In this document: piece by piece, positions 51,101-64,000 of the stretch
Numbering within the stretch: position 1 is the first letter of the stretch
How the letters are laid out: each line of letters begins with the position of its first letter
Source: Lama glama
Lineage: Eukaryota
Direction of reading: 5' to 3'
Length of the DNA stretch: 64,000 nucleotides
Assembly (NCBI GenBank): GCA_028534125.1
Contig: CM052817.1
Location: forward strand, 37,202,001-37,266,000
Program-made: the position numbers and the translations under genes
Notes under the pieces: generated by a model
Seen by the model: the letters and a program-made list of their open reading frames with translations, nothing else
Databases searched by the model: none
What the model was told of the DNA's origin: nothing

Positions 51101-54100
51101 GGAATCACTCACACTTTGGATGGGAGTAAATTTCACAGGGGTAAAAAAAAAAAAAAAATCAGTCTTCCTTTGCTTTTTACCTTCATTTAAAATAAGGAAA
51201 TGTGAAGTTAATAGGGCTAGTCAAGTAAGGCTCAGGACTGACACATCAAATTTTAGGTTTGATCTCTGGGGCCACAGGGAAACCTATAGTGAAATTCCTT
51301 ATGTATGCCCACTGGGTCTCAAACCGTTGCCAATGTTTTACAGCTTCCAGTTTATCCAGGATGAGTGTCAGTTCCTTGGACCAAGAAATAAGTTTTAAAG
51401 ATTAATGGAACTTTAAATCCTGAAGATCCATGTCAGGGATTGACCATCACCTCCAATGCTGGAAAAAGTGGGGAAACGTAAGCAACCTGTGATGTCGTCT
51501 GAGGTGCAGGCAATGGAACAAACCTGGGAAGTCATGCAGTATGTCAGAGGCAGTCAACAACCTGAAGAGAGAGTCTCACAGAAATAAGTACAAAAACAGG
51601 CATTCCACAGAATCAGAAATCCCAGTGGCCAAATAAATTTGTGGCAAAATGGTTAACTTCAGTTGTCAGAGAAATGCAAATTTAGAGTATAATATTGTTT
51701 TTCACTTTGCAGCCAAAGCTGGCAAGAACTTAAGCTCATCCACAGTTGGTATAAGAGCTTCTAAGGAGAAGTGGTTTGGTAACAACAAAATTTTTTTTAA
51801 TTTGGTTTATCTTCTGACCCAGATATCCCGCTTCCAGAAATTTATCTTTTAGAAACACAAGAATGCATGATGATGTGTGTACCAAGACTCCTCAGTACAG
51901 CATTGTTTGTAACAGCAGAATAATTGGGTGGGGTGCCAGGGGAGGCTTATGTGCATAACGGGAGAATGTTTAAATAAGTGGTGATATAGCCTTACTACAC
52001 AAAATGATTAACAGAAGACATATAAAGTGGAAAAAAATACAGTATATCCAATTTTATGTATAAAAACAATGTGTAAGTACACAAAAATGTTTTGTGCACA
52101 CAAAGTGTGCCAAACTTAATGGTTTACTTTGGGGAGGAAGGGATGAAGTAAACTTGCTCTAAATTCTTTTTGCTCTGTATGCTCATGTGTCTTTTTTTTT
52201 TTTTAATCTATTTGTAAATCAGTTTGAAACAATTTTTACAAGATTTCAAAATGGTAACTCTTGTAGTTGTAGGCTTGGGGGATCTCTGCAAAGCCACTCT
52301 ACCAGATCACTCACTCCCTTGAGATGCTTGGGAAGACCTCAGGTGCCGTTGGAATCTCTTCAAAGACTACAGGACAAAGATGGAAAAACAGGAAGTTAAA
52401 TAGTTAACTAAAGACATTTTTCTGAAGCCCATGCAGTTGAGTACAATTGGTTTTCCAGTAATGGTGTATATATGTGTATGTATGCACGTGTGTTGCTCAG
52501 GTGGTAATTTACAGGAATTTTTAGCAGTGGAGAGATACAGACCCGTAGCTGTTTCTGCCTCCGACGTGTGAAATAAGGTAAACGAGATGTTAGGGCTGGG
52601 CCCCAGGAATTGAGAAGGGTGATGTAAAGCACTTACCCAGAGCAGACACATGGTCTTTTAAAGTTAAAATAGAATTGTCTGTTTAGAAAGCATTCCAAGA
52701 GCCACCCTCCAGTCTGTTCTAAGGGCACAGGTCTTCATTATCAGAGCCTCGCTGTCTCACTGCAGTCTTGGCTTTCAGTTGAGTGTGGTCTGTGGGGAAA
52801 CCACAAACACTGACAGAATCCTGTTCTAAGACAAAACAGGCTCGATGGTTATACTTTTCTAATCACAACCAAGTAAGAGAGAAACCTCGATTATATTCTG
52901 AAGACCCACTAGGCTTCAAAGCTGTTTGGAATGGATTGAGGGGGTTCTAAACACTACCTAGATGTCTTAATTAAAAGTGGCCGGGATTGTGACAATTTAT
53001 ATTTGCAGCATCTCTGGCAAAAAGTGAACAAATGCTCGTTTAAATAACTCAAACTCCAGAAGTGCCTAAACACTGATTTAAAGCCTGAGAAGGACACACA
53101 CAGGAGGGTTTCTGTCTCACCTCAGAGTTGCCACCGGTAATCAGCAATAGGAAATGGGTCTCGCAGTGTCCTGGGAAACGGCCCTTACATACAAAAAGCG
53201 GAAACTGCGGACATTGATAGAAGTCGGCCTACTTAAAACTAAACAAACTTTGTTTAAAAAGTACCATAATAAAAACTGAAAGGCAAGATACTTTGGAGAA
53301 AAATATTTACAACATAAGAGGTTAATATCCTAAATATATAAATCAAGAGGAACAAAGATGAATAGCCCGGAAGGATCATCTGTTCTTTTTTTACTACTCA
53401 GCATCCTCTGTTCATTAACAGAACCTTTCCTAGTTGTGAACTCATTCCATATGATATTTAAGTGACAACTTTCCCCACATCTGCCCAGTTGGGAACTCAC
53501 ACTGGGTCTAGGTCTAGAGTATTGGGCATGTAACCCATGTGCCACACACGGCACCTTCACATGTAAGGGAACAAATACTGTAAGAATGAAAATGTAAATG
53601 AAAACATCAGAAGACACTGTTTCCCACCTATCAAATGGAGTGATCTTTTTTTCGCCTTTTTTGTTTTTTCCAAACATAGTACAGTTGGTAAAGGAGTAAA
53701 TGATCACTGAATGCTAAAATCAGTAAGTGAAAGATGGCTGCAACAGGGAAAGGCCCCTATTAACAGTTTTGGTGACGGTATCTTAACCAAAGACTCAAGA
53801 GTTACCATCACTGACGATTTTAGGTGCCTTCTTATGTGATGCAATACAAAATATACAGCACCACCTTTGAAAGATTCTTGCCAAATATAATCAAGCCTCT
53901 AAACCTAAGCTTACAGAGAATCTACATAGGAGATAAGGGAATGAATTAAAGGACACTGAGGGAAACACAAATCCAAGATGCAGAACATTACATTAAAGAG
54001 ACATAATGACCAACTGTAATGTCTAAAACTTGACTGAGTCTTGGCTCAAAAAAATGAGCTGTAAGACCTTTGAGGCACAATTACAGAAATTTGAATGTGA

Positions 54101-54439
54101 ACTGAATACTAGTTGTTGAGAAATTTTCTTAGCTGCTGTAATGGTATTGTGGTTATGCTGGAAAACGTCCTGAGAAATGCATGCTAAAGTTTTTAGGGGT
54201 GAAGTGTAACTCAGTGTAAATATACATATGCACACATTTTCATTAAAAAATATGAAAAATCGAATCTGTCCAACTAGTTTGCTCCAGCAATGGCTGTGGG
54301 AGCATTCTTTATGATAGCCCCAAATCAGAAATAATGTCTAACATGGGGGTTGCTTGAATAAATTGGTACAACCATACAACGGACAACTTCTACTAAAACT
54401 CTGTAATAGACAAGATGTGACATAGAAAGTTTTTGTGGA

Positions 54440-54623
54440 TTTAGAATAGATAAACAAGATTATACTGTATAGCACAGGGAAATATACACAAACTCTTGTA
54501 GCTCAGAGAAAAAAATGTGACAATGAATATATGTATGTTCATGTATAACTGAAAAATCGTGCTGAACACTGGAATTTGACACATTGTAAAATGATTATAA
54601 ATCAATAAAAAAATGTTTAAAAA
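54440..54623 (+). mobile_element. Young 5'-truncated L1 3' end with a perfect 14-bp TSD
   Basis: ACTGTATAGCACAGGGAAATATA...ACACATTGTAAAATGATTATAAATCAATAAAAAAATG; TSD AAAGTTTTTGTGGA at 54426-54439 and 54624-54637. Confidence 0.88.
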
Positions 54624-55559
54624 AAAGTTTTTGTGGAAAAGATGAATGCCATCAGAGAGGTTTAATGACCCATTATCCTTCAAGGCCTAGTTCAAATGAG
54701 ATCTTGTCCCTGGAGCTTCCCTTACTCAGGACTAACACATTCCCTTTCCCACACCTGCTGTTTCCCACACAGGTCTTGCTGGCTTGTCAGCTTTACTATA
54801 AGCTTGCCAAGGGTGAGACCATTTGTTCATAGGATCAACATAAGTAGGGGTCTACCTAGTGTAACAAAAGAATCAGAGGGGAGGAGGTGGGTACTAGGGA
54901 CTTTATCGGTGTTCAGTCAGACTGGAGAATCAACTGTTGTGATACTGCAGTGAGGGGAGGGAATAAGTTAAAAAAAAAAAAAAGCCACCAGCCTGAGTGT
55001 TCATGCCAGAGACACTATGCTATGCTAAGCACACCATCTAATGTGATCCTCACCATCTCATTAGGCAGACACCAAAGCAACAAAGTATAAATGAGAAAAG
55101 AAACTTAGGTTAAGTAACTTACCCATGGTCACACAGCAGACTGGAGAGCCAGGATTCGAATTTAAGAAGTCAGATTTCAGCACCTAGATTATTTCTTTCG
55201 GAGGGGCAAAAGGAGGAGAGACCAGATGGCCCTTAGATTCCTTCCAATATTAACATTCTATAAACAATCTGTCTACCCAGCAAACTGAAAATCGGCTAAT
55301 TTGGTCACTGGCAGCTGATGTTAGGATAAGCCATGCGGGTGATATTAAGCTAATTTTTGTTGATTGAGCTCTTGAAAAATAAACTGAACAGAAGGATGTG
55401 CTGTCCTCTGCCCACACTTCCCCCATTGCAAGAGTAAACACATAGTGTGAATAAGGGCTCATTATTCCATGTGAGACTCCTTTGGCTGTAAGTGGTAATT
55501 ACGTATAGCGATTTTAAGAATTACTTTATATTCAGGCCAAGTAAAAGCATGGATTCCAC

Positions 55560-58500
55560 CCAAATGATTTCTCTAAATTTTTATTTATTTTTTTTTTACA
55601 GCTCGATCCTCTTGTCAAAAGTAAAGAATTTGAAGACGAACAAGTCAATTACATGTTTTTTTAAACAGTAATTAATCCTCATTACAGAAAACAACAAACA
55701 AAAGATCTGTGGCACATTATCTTTGGAAAGATCTTTTGCAAATTTTTCTTCTAAAAAAAAGAAAAACTATAATTCTCACAGATCACGTATGTCTTTCAAA
55801 GGACTACACAAGGCAGCTAGATTTTATTCACAGAAGCCCCAAGTTGCAGTTCCAGCTGAAGTAGATAAAACACATGGAGTCCCCTCACCTGTGCTGCACA
55901 TCTTCCCACCGAGAGCATCGCTGCTTTCCTATCCTACATACAAAATCACGGTGTGGACTAGACAGCGGGCACGTTATTTCACAATAATTAAAGAAAAATT
56001 CATATTATTTTAGAGATAGACCAGTGATCTTCATTTATCAACTGGACAATTTATTTTTTAAACAATTTCAATAATACCAAGATTTGACTTTCCTCTAAAG
56101 TTATAAGAAAGCAAAAAAATATATAATATAATATATAATGGTAATAAATAAAAAAAAGGTAACCCTGCTCAGGTATCATCCAAAACATGATCACATTCAG
56201 AAAAAAAATCAAAACAAGATTTGGGACTATCGTGTATAAACACACACACACCAACATGAACAGTGTATACTTGCTATCTGAGGGGGGTGTGCAGTAATTT
56301 TAATAATACATGTTGATGGCCTGAAAATTAACAAAAGTTAATTAACGAAAGTTAATACTGCCTGTTTTAAGCATCGCTTAAACATCTACTTTTAAGCAAA
56401 GCAAGTTATCTTCCTTAGGTCAGCCACTGCCCGGTCTGACCAGCGCAGCCCGGTCAGCCTCGCTGTCAGTGGTCTTATTCCCTTGTCCTTCCAGGCCGGT
56501 GTAGTACTATCCGGGCTCACAGGGAGCTGTAAGTCTCCCTCCTGCCCTCTTGGGGAGAGAAATACATATAGGCACTTCTCTACCCATCACAGTACCTGTC
56601 AACATCCGACACATTGTGGAGCACAATACAGTGTGACTTTCCCCAGGACAACAGGAAATTTACAGCCACCTTAAGAAAGGTGGTAGATGGTGCTTGTCAA
56701 CTCCTCATAAATAAGAACTAAAGAACATGGCCAGTGGTCACAATTCATTCTCAGATTCTTGGTGATTAGCACAACTGGACTGGATGTTTGAGGTTTATTT
56801 GGTAGAAATACCACTTGCAATGTTTGAAGGAAAATCCCCCAACACCATGTTACTCTGCTGCCACTCCACCTCCCACAAACAAAATGACTAAAGATAAAGC
56901 ACAGGGGAAAAACTCACATCCATAAATTCTAAATAGGATAAAAAAACAAAAGAGGCAACCCACTAGAGAAAGAGAAGGGAGCAAGTACCGCTATAATCCT
57001 GACCACGATGAGCAAATCTCTACACCTGTGTTTCTAAAAGGTCAAATATTCTTGCAAGATTTAAATACTACTAATCAGTATTTAATAGATGAAGTGGTTC
57101 AGTTTTTCACAGATTTTGTGTAGTGTCTGGGAATATAAATCCTTAAGAAAAAAGTAGAATCTGTGGTGGGAGGTGTAGGAAAACAAGGCTTATTTGAGTC
57201 ACTTACCTTAAGATGCACAAATACACCTCAAACTTCATGAAGCAGAAGAGAAAAAGGTGCAAGATCCACCTCACATCTCTTAAAGCCATGGCAAAATAAA
57301 TACAGCATTATTCCAAAATTAGGTTTGGTCAACAAAGGCACAATAAATATATCCAATTCAGCTAGCGCACGTGCGCATGTGTGCGTTCAAACACACATAT
57401 TTCCTTTTATATAGAGATAAAAGTTTTGTCCATTTGGGAGGGCACAATGGTTCTTTCTGTTTCTAAAAATTATTGAAGAATCATTAAAAAAAATAGTAAG
57501 ATCCTGATCCTACTAACATTAATATTTAAGGTACCAATTAAGGAAAGTTTTCAGCCAGAAAAGAGTAGTTTGTCAGCTTCTAAACATCCTGAGAATGGGC
57601 ATTTAAGGATATAAAACAAGGGAGAAAAGCGTGGTCCAATCTGTCTAGGGGAAATAGCTAAACATTTTTGTCAAAACAGATTATAAAATAAAGGTCCTTT
57701 TGTTCCAAAAAAAAAAAAATCAGGGACTTTCCCCACTCAGTCTGGTAGTTAAATCACAACATCAGGTAAGTCCCGTTCCTACCGTAGTTCCAGTCCTGGT
57801 AATACGCCGGCTGGACTCTGCCACTCCTCACCACACCTAGCACCTGGCTGATGTTTTCACATTCATAACCCAGTGTCATCTGGTAAATTGCAGTAAAGTA
57901 TTTTTCACCGTTTAGCAGGGCCCTTAGTCTGGCTAAAATCTTATGTTCAGTGATTCACATTTTAATTATCTTCAAGGACAGAAACATTCAACATTTTAAA
58001 AAGTAAAACTGTATTTTTCCATTCCCTAATAAAGACAGACACACACACACTAGAAACTGTAGTGGCAAAGGCAAGATTTTTACACTCAATTTTCACTCAA
58101 GATGTTTTTTGTATGTGTCTCACTGTGAAGTGTGTACTACTATGGTTGTTTTAAGAACTTCACACATTGAAAAGCTTAATTTTATAATCTAATCCTTTCA
58201 ATTATCTACCTCAGTACAAAATTTGCCTTTGGGGATTTAAGCATGCAGTGGAAAAGTGCAAATGACTTAAAAACCCTTTAGATTTCTATATAAACTTTAA
58301 CAGCAAAAAGACCTTAGGGACATCAAGGATTCATCAGCCACTACCTCTTACATACTCTATTTAAAAAGTAGCCATTAAGATTTCTTTTAGGTACGATGCA
58401 TGTTGCAGTTAAGAATCAGAAATACTCCATGATCAAAATAGTACAAACTGATCTCTGCAAATTCATTAGTTTTTCAAGGGACAAATAAAATTTCAATATA

Positions 58501-60803
58501 AAGATCAGGGGGAGGAAAACGCACAAAGAATAAGGCCACTGAAAAAGGAATCACTTCTTTTAGACACAGCTGAGAAATTGACTTGGAAATGTCTTCAAAG
58601 GGGGCTCTGTGGCTCCCGACAGGACACACACACTCGGCACAGTCTGCACAGACCAGAACCTGTGCTCAAGAACGCACCCTTCCAGACTGACTGGTGGCTT
58701 GTACTGGGGACTGATGGGGTGGAGGGGGACGGAAGAGCCAAGGGATTAGGAGGAAAAAAGATGTTAAGTAACCACATAACCCTTATCCTGGTATCTTGTC
58801 TCCAGGTAAGAGACGGACACACAATGCCGTAACCATACAACCTACCAAGCAATTACTGTTAACAACAGGTTCCTTTCTAGATGAGTAGTTTAAAAAGGAC
58901 CATGGCTTTGCTTTAGAACATCCATCAAAGAAATCAGCCCATCAAGATCACACATCAAGTTCTTATGCTCCGATATTACAATTGCTGTAATTCTCTGGCT
59001 TTAACCTAAACATGAGGTTAACAGACCTCTGTCCTAGCTAGTGAGAACCAGAGAACAGGCTGGATAATGTAAGACACTGAGGGAACAGCTTCACACAAAC
59101 AATTCATATTGTGAAAAATAAGCATCACTCCCATCCTCTACACATCCCTTTTATATAGTTACCAAGTTATCAAGACAGTTCTTACATTCATCATATGGAC
59201 CTTAGACCTCCTCACTATAAATAAAGATGGTGCTCCCTTCTTCACTAATAAATAAATATGACAGTGTCAAGCATGCTTGGTGCGAAACAACGTGCAGAGG
59301 AGCAGGACGGGATGAAGGGAGAAAAGTAAACGAGCTGTAGCAATAACACTCACTCCTCAATTGTTAATACATGTGCAAATTCTACTTCTAACAGGGATAA
59401 AAAGAACTGGCTTCTAAAAACACTGCACTCAAAATAATGCTTCCAATAATAACCCTCCAAGTTTCAATGAAAAAAATCTGTGCTTATGAATATGTGGGAT
59501 TTTTTTTTCCATTTTAGGTCATTCAGAATAAACTTGGGTTAATGTACAGAATCTGGCAATAGCAACTTACGGGAAGGCCACAGTTTCTCTTCAATCTAAT
59601 CAAACCTAGTTGACTGAGAACACTCTGGAGTGAAGGCATGCGGTGACAATTTCTTTTTAAAGTCTAATTAACCACCCCAAATTGCCACAGCCTCGCAGGA
59701 AGTTAGTTTCTCCTAGACAATCAAGGGCTCTCAAAGTCTAGTTCTGCTATAAATATAAAATAATTCGTAGCACAAAAATATAGCCTCTCTAAGATTTCAT
59801 TTTTCTTTGTTCGCTGACAAAACTCCGAGTTGGTTAGACAACACGAGTTACCACATAACTGTAGACCACAGATCAGCACCTCAAATTCCAGCGCCACTTA
59901 AACAAAAATCAAAAAGCACTTCAGCCATCTTGTCACGGACAAATGTTGGTTCCCAGTTCCCTTCTTTCCCAACGTAGAAAATTCAGAATATAGTCAATGT
60001 GACGGACTGCCCTTCACTGAAGGAGGGGGTGGGAATGGCGGCACCACGTCCTCTGTCCTACATGGGGACCTCGAGATGGCTCCCCCAGGTGCTGGAGCTT
60101 CTCTCTCTGCCACTCCAATGTGGGCTGACTTCTGACCCAGTAATGGGAGAAACCAGAGCTGGGGTGAATGTGCAGTACTCCAGGCAATGGGGGGGATGCC
60201 TTCAATTGTATAAATTATGACAATACTTGGTATTATCAAAGCCACTGTTCACTGGTGGAAAGTGGGGTACAGTGGAGTCCTTCACAACTCACGTTTCATA
60301 GATGACCCTTAGAATTTATTAAACAAATATTTCCCCTATAACTTAAAAGCAAAAAGAAAACATCCAAAAAACCCTACACCAAAATTCACTGTTAAAGAAA
60401 CTCCCTTCTGGGAACAAACTAATGTGGCTACTGAGATGATGTGAATTTGCTTTCAGAGTTGAAATTGCTTCTCCTCATTCCATTTGCATCCTGCTGGTTA
60501 AAAAAGTAAGGAAATGTTTCTAGACCACTCATACACCCACAAAGGCAACATTGCACTTCTGTCCTTTAGTCAGGAAAGGCAAGATCATCTCTGGGGCCAG
60601 CTTCCTCTTCTCTGCTTCTGCATAACCATCGTGTCCAACCAATGATTCCACAGTTCTTGAGAGTTTCAGTGAACAAATGTCCTGGCCAACTCGTGGTGCT
60701 TCTCTTCTTGAGTCTGGTGTCCTGCTGAGACAGATGTCTGGATGTCTTGAGGCTTCCAATGTGCAAAAAAGTTCCCAAGACATCAGATCAACCTGGGCCT
60801 CCG
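55560..60803 (-). other. AFF1: AFF1 long 3'UTR (~5.2 kb); candidate poly(A) signals at 55580-55589 (two overlapping AATAAA) and 56050-56055
   Basis: Stretch after the stop codon with no interspersed repeat I can recognise, ending at minus-strand AATAAATAAA. AFF1 is known to have a multi-kb 3'UTR. Confidence 0.75.
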
Positions 60804-60925
60804 TTAAGGTGTTTTGGTTACTTGTTTTAGCCGCTGAAAACCCTGTCTTGTGTAGTGCACCAGATCCATCAAACTGCTGTTAAGGGCCAGGGTGCACACA
60901 CTTGTGCTGAGCTGAGCAAAGAATT
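60804..60925 (-). CDS. AFF1: AFF1 terminal coding exon
   Basis: Minus strand: acceptor TTTGCTTTGCAG|; (E)FFAQLSTSVCTLALNSSLMDLVHYTRQGFQRLKQVTKTP, TAA at 60806-60804. Phase fits the previous exon. Confidence 0.96.
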
Positions 60926-61049
60926 CTGCAAAGCAAAACCAAAACCACATAAACACACTCGCACACACAAAAATAAAAATGAAAATGTGAAAAGTCAAGG
61001 TTCCAGAAACTATATCCCCCACATTATTCTGTACTTCATCTAGCAGAGC

Positions 61050-61199
61050 AAAAAAAGAAAAAGAAAAAGAAAAAGAAAAAGAAAAAGAAAAAGAAAAAGA
61101 AAAGAAGAGAAGAGAAGAGAAGAGAAGAGAAGAGAAGAGAAGAGAAGAGAAGAGAAGAGAAGAGAAGAGAAGAGAAAAGAAAAGAAAAGAAAAGAAAAA
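61050..61199. repeat. Compound polypurine microsatellite (GAAAAA)n-(GAAGA)n-(GAAAA)n
   Basis: 150 consecutive purines on the + strand, in the last intron of AFF1. Confidence 0.97.
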
Positions 61200-62056
61200 T
61201 CACCATCTACTGCAAAAGCCTGCTAGTTCTCCATGTCCTGCCACTAGTCTAGAAGGGTAGGAACTAGGTTTGTTTCAGAGCTGAGTCCACAATGCCCAGC
61301 ACAGTGGCCAACCCTGGAAAAGACCCAATGTATACCTCTGGATCAATGGATGCATGAATGAAAAATAAAACAGCACAAAACAAAACATCCAACACATTAA
61401 AAAAAAAAAAAGCATCACCAGTTTGCTTAAAAAGAAAGCAAAGTTTCAAGAGGCTATGGGGAAAGTAAGCAGCTGGCCGAGTTCTTCCCCACGGTCAGGA
61501 AAGACGGCGCCGTGGCATTCTACCCCAAGCAGTGCCTCGGGCAGCACGCCCTGCCATCTCCCAACCTTGGATTTCTCCAAGGGCCTTCCTCCCAAACAAA
61601 TCTCTACAATGCTACTAAGCCGTATTTCTTGTACTGGCGCTAATCCTCTTCTTAACATGTGCTGAACAAACAATCAGCTTGGTGCTTAGGTTACCCTACT
61701 CCCCATCCCCAGGGTGCCGTGCCTGGGGTCAGCCGACCTTCCCTTCCCGGTCTGCTCTGCCTTTTTGCAAGCACCCCCATTCAGGCTGAAACAGTGACAC
61801 CGGAACTTCTGAAGGGGCAAGGTGCGGAAGCCACTTCGAATCTCATTTTGCTAAGATCTAGCCACAGAAACCCACCCCCACGCCACAGGGCTCAAGGAAG
61901 GACTGTGACTAGGTTATCAGATGGAATGGAGAAAGTGTGAGAAGGGGAACAGGTACGCAGTTCTTTTCTTTGAAAAACTGAACATAAAATACGTACAGTG
62001 TTGTTATGCCCCTCCCAATCCCCACGCCCCAGTAATACCACCACAGAACTCTCTAC

Positions 62057-62280
62057 CTTTATTCTTCTGCGTGAGGACCTCAGCCTGTTCCCAAAGGTCA
62101 AAGGCAGTAAGGACGTGGGAAGTGATGGTGACGTAGGAGGAGGTCATGTTCTGGATGGTGACGGGGGTACTGACGGCGGGAGGCAGCCCACTGCTCCCTG
62201 CGCTGCCGGCGCTGGGCTGGGAGCCTCCGGAGCCCGCTGGAGAAGGCATTGGAGAGAGGGGGGACGGCGTGCCTGTGCTT
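62057..62280 (-). CDS. AFF1: AFF1 (AF4) penultimate coding exon, C-terminal homology domain
   Basis: Minus strand: acceptor TTCCACTTCCAG|; (R)STGTPSPLSPMPSP...TIQNMTSSYVTITSHVLTAFDLWEQAEVLTQKNK+G (224 nt); donor AAG|GTAGAG. Matches the AFF1 C-terminus. Confidence 0.96.
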
Positions 62281-63550
62281 CTGGAAGTGGAAGAAAAGAA
62301 CCGGTTCATCACCTAAACTCCCACATTACAGAATTCCTGTCTCTGGGACCCGCACGGCTCAAGTCACAAAGTTTTAGTGTGTTCTTGCCAAAATGACAAC
62401 CACTTCTAAAATCATTTCTACAAGGACAAAGAGGCACACTTCACCTTCAGTATTCTGGAAATTTATTTCATAAAACACAGTGGGATGGGGTCCTCTGAAT
62501 GGAAAAAGTAACTGGGTAGAGATGAGGTGTCCTTCACTGGGCGTAGAATCAGGTGGACAAATCCGTATTCCAAGTGTATTTCCCACGCCCTTTACATATG
62601 CTATCCAGCGGCCTGGAATCCCTTTCTCTTTTCATCCCTGATCCAACTTCTCCTAGTAAGACAATACTTCCCGGGAAGATGGTCCTAGTCTCCTATGTAT
62701 TCATTCTTTCATCCGCTCAGTACACGTTACGGAGAGCCTCCTCTGCACCTGACACTCTTCCACACACTGGGGCTACATCCTAGCTTCCTTTCTGCCATCA
62801 CCTGAACCTCTCTCTCTGCATTTATCACAGCCCGCGATGCTTTTCTGTCTATTCCTTTTCCTGCCTCACAAGCATCTGGAAGGCAGGGACCATTCCTTAC
62901 TAATCTCTGCATTTCCAGCACTTAGCACAGCAGGTGCTAAGAGGGGGCTCCTGATAAACACTGGGCCAGCCCACCCACTGCATCAGTGGCTCAGTATGTC
63001 CTCTGCTCTCCTCCTGACTGTACAAGTGAACAAGTGCCTTGATGCGGATCAAATGAGAAACGCAGGCGAAGTCACTCCGACATCTCAGGACTGACAGAGA
63101 ATGGGAAGGTGGGTGTGCAGCAGTGGCCCATGAGGTAGTTACATGTGCCCTGGGCTGCACGGGTCCCAGGTGTCCCCAGCAGGATGTACATGTTCAAAGA
63201 CTAGAAGTAGAAGCTCCCCAGGGGCGCTGTTTACTGCTGCGCCTCTGCACCGAAAACAAGGAAGGTGCTCAGTACACACAGGCTGGACGACTGGTGAAGG
63301 AGCTCCCAAAAACCAAGTGACTGACAACCTATTAACGCAGAACAGCATCTCAGAGGTGGGAGTCATGAAAATTCTCAGAGGTAAAGAAGCTACCTCTCAA
63401 TCAGGGCTTTCTGTTTTTAAGAGAGGTCATATGGGAATCTCTTCTTTGGAATGTGCTGGAAATGGGGTCATTCTTTAGGTGATAGTCTTAAAATAGCAAA
63501 ACCTATCAGAACCAGGAGCTTTTTAAGGAGCACGACCAAATTAAAAGAAT

Positions 63551-63552
<2 letters not shown>

Positions 63553-63591
<39 letters not shown>
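63553..63591. repeat. (CA)n microsatellite in an AFF1 intron
   Basis: Seen directly. Confidence 0.97.
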
Positions 63592-63592
<1 letters not shown>

Positions 63593-64000
63593 CTAGGCAA
63601 GTACTAAAAAGAAAATTCTATCTTCATCTTAAAAACACCCACAGAAGGACTCTGGTTTTTCAGTATCTTATGGAATATGTGAGCAACTTCAGTTCACAAA
63701 GTGGGGGAAAGAACTGAGCCAGACCTAACTGTTCTCATTCTAACGTCGCTGCTACAGACCCTGGAGAAGGTGGAAGGCATGTGGTTCAGGACAGTGCTTG
63801 TTTACTGAAATACCCAGACAATCTGTTGTGGAGAAGAAGGACTGTGGCTCTGGTCCTGCTGGCTCTGTCTGTTCTGTGCTGTTAGGCACTTCCACATATC
63901 CTCCCCCTCAGAGCTCTAAAGTTTGAACTCTGTATTCTTTGCAAGTATCATTTTATGTTGCCCAACCAGCAAACACCTTGATTTACAATTATTCCTCAAA

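Noticed and set aside
61998..62396. 132-aa + strand ORF overlapping the AFF1 exon
   Set aside because: Antisense shadow of a GC-rich coding exon; non-ATG start and no independent splice or promoter support.
62281..64000. Further AFF1 exons or a separate gene among the many short ORFs here
   Set aside because: No AFF1-like peptide recognised. The ORFs reflect higher GC content, and the next AFF1 exon is probably beyond the window.
1..64000. CRISPR array, operon or other prokaryotic/viral system
   Set aside because: No repeat-spacer array and no long intronless ORFs. The window is spliced mammalian genes plus mammalian interspersed repeats.

Overview
Mammalian genomic DNA, AT-rich and repeat-rich. 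It is most likely a camelid, judged from three tRNA-Ala(AGC)-derived SINE copies of the Vic-1 type and the absence of Alu, B1/B2, Bov-A or PRE-1 elements. The + strand carries the complete coding region of KLHL8 (BTB-BACK-Kelch Cullin-3 adaptor): nine GT-AG coding exons from 12896 to 38095 that splice into an intact 1860-nt ORF (619 aa), then a 3'UTR of up to about 3 kb. Its first exon and promoter are not visible and probably lie upstream of the window. The - strand carries the last two coding exons and a ~5.2 kb 3'UTR of AFF1 (AF4), tail-to-tail with KLHL8 as in human 4q. The rest is intron and intergenic DNA with L1, L2, MIR, MLT1 LTRs, Tigger/MER DNA transposon relics and microsatellites. 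I found no new protein-coding system. The best leads are post-transcriptional: two uORFs around the KLHL8 start, a possible translatable exon-2 circRNA, a candidate poison exon, lineage-specific inverted SINEs that could compete for pairing, clustered miRNA sites in the AFF1 3'UTR, and a 150-nt pure-purine tract. Repeat family names and comparisons with human come from memory of consensus sequences, not from a search.
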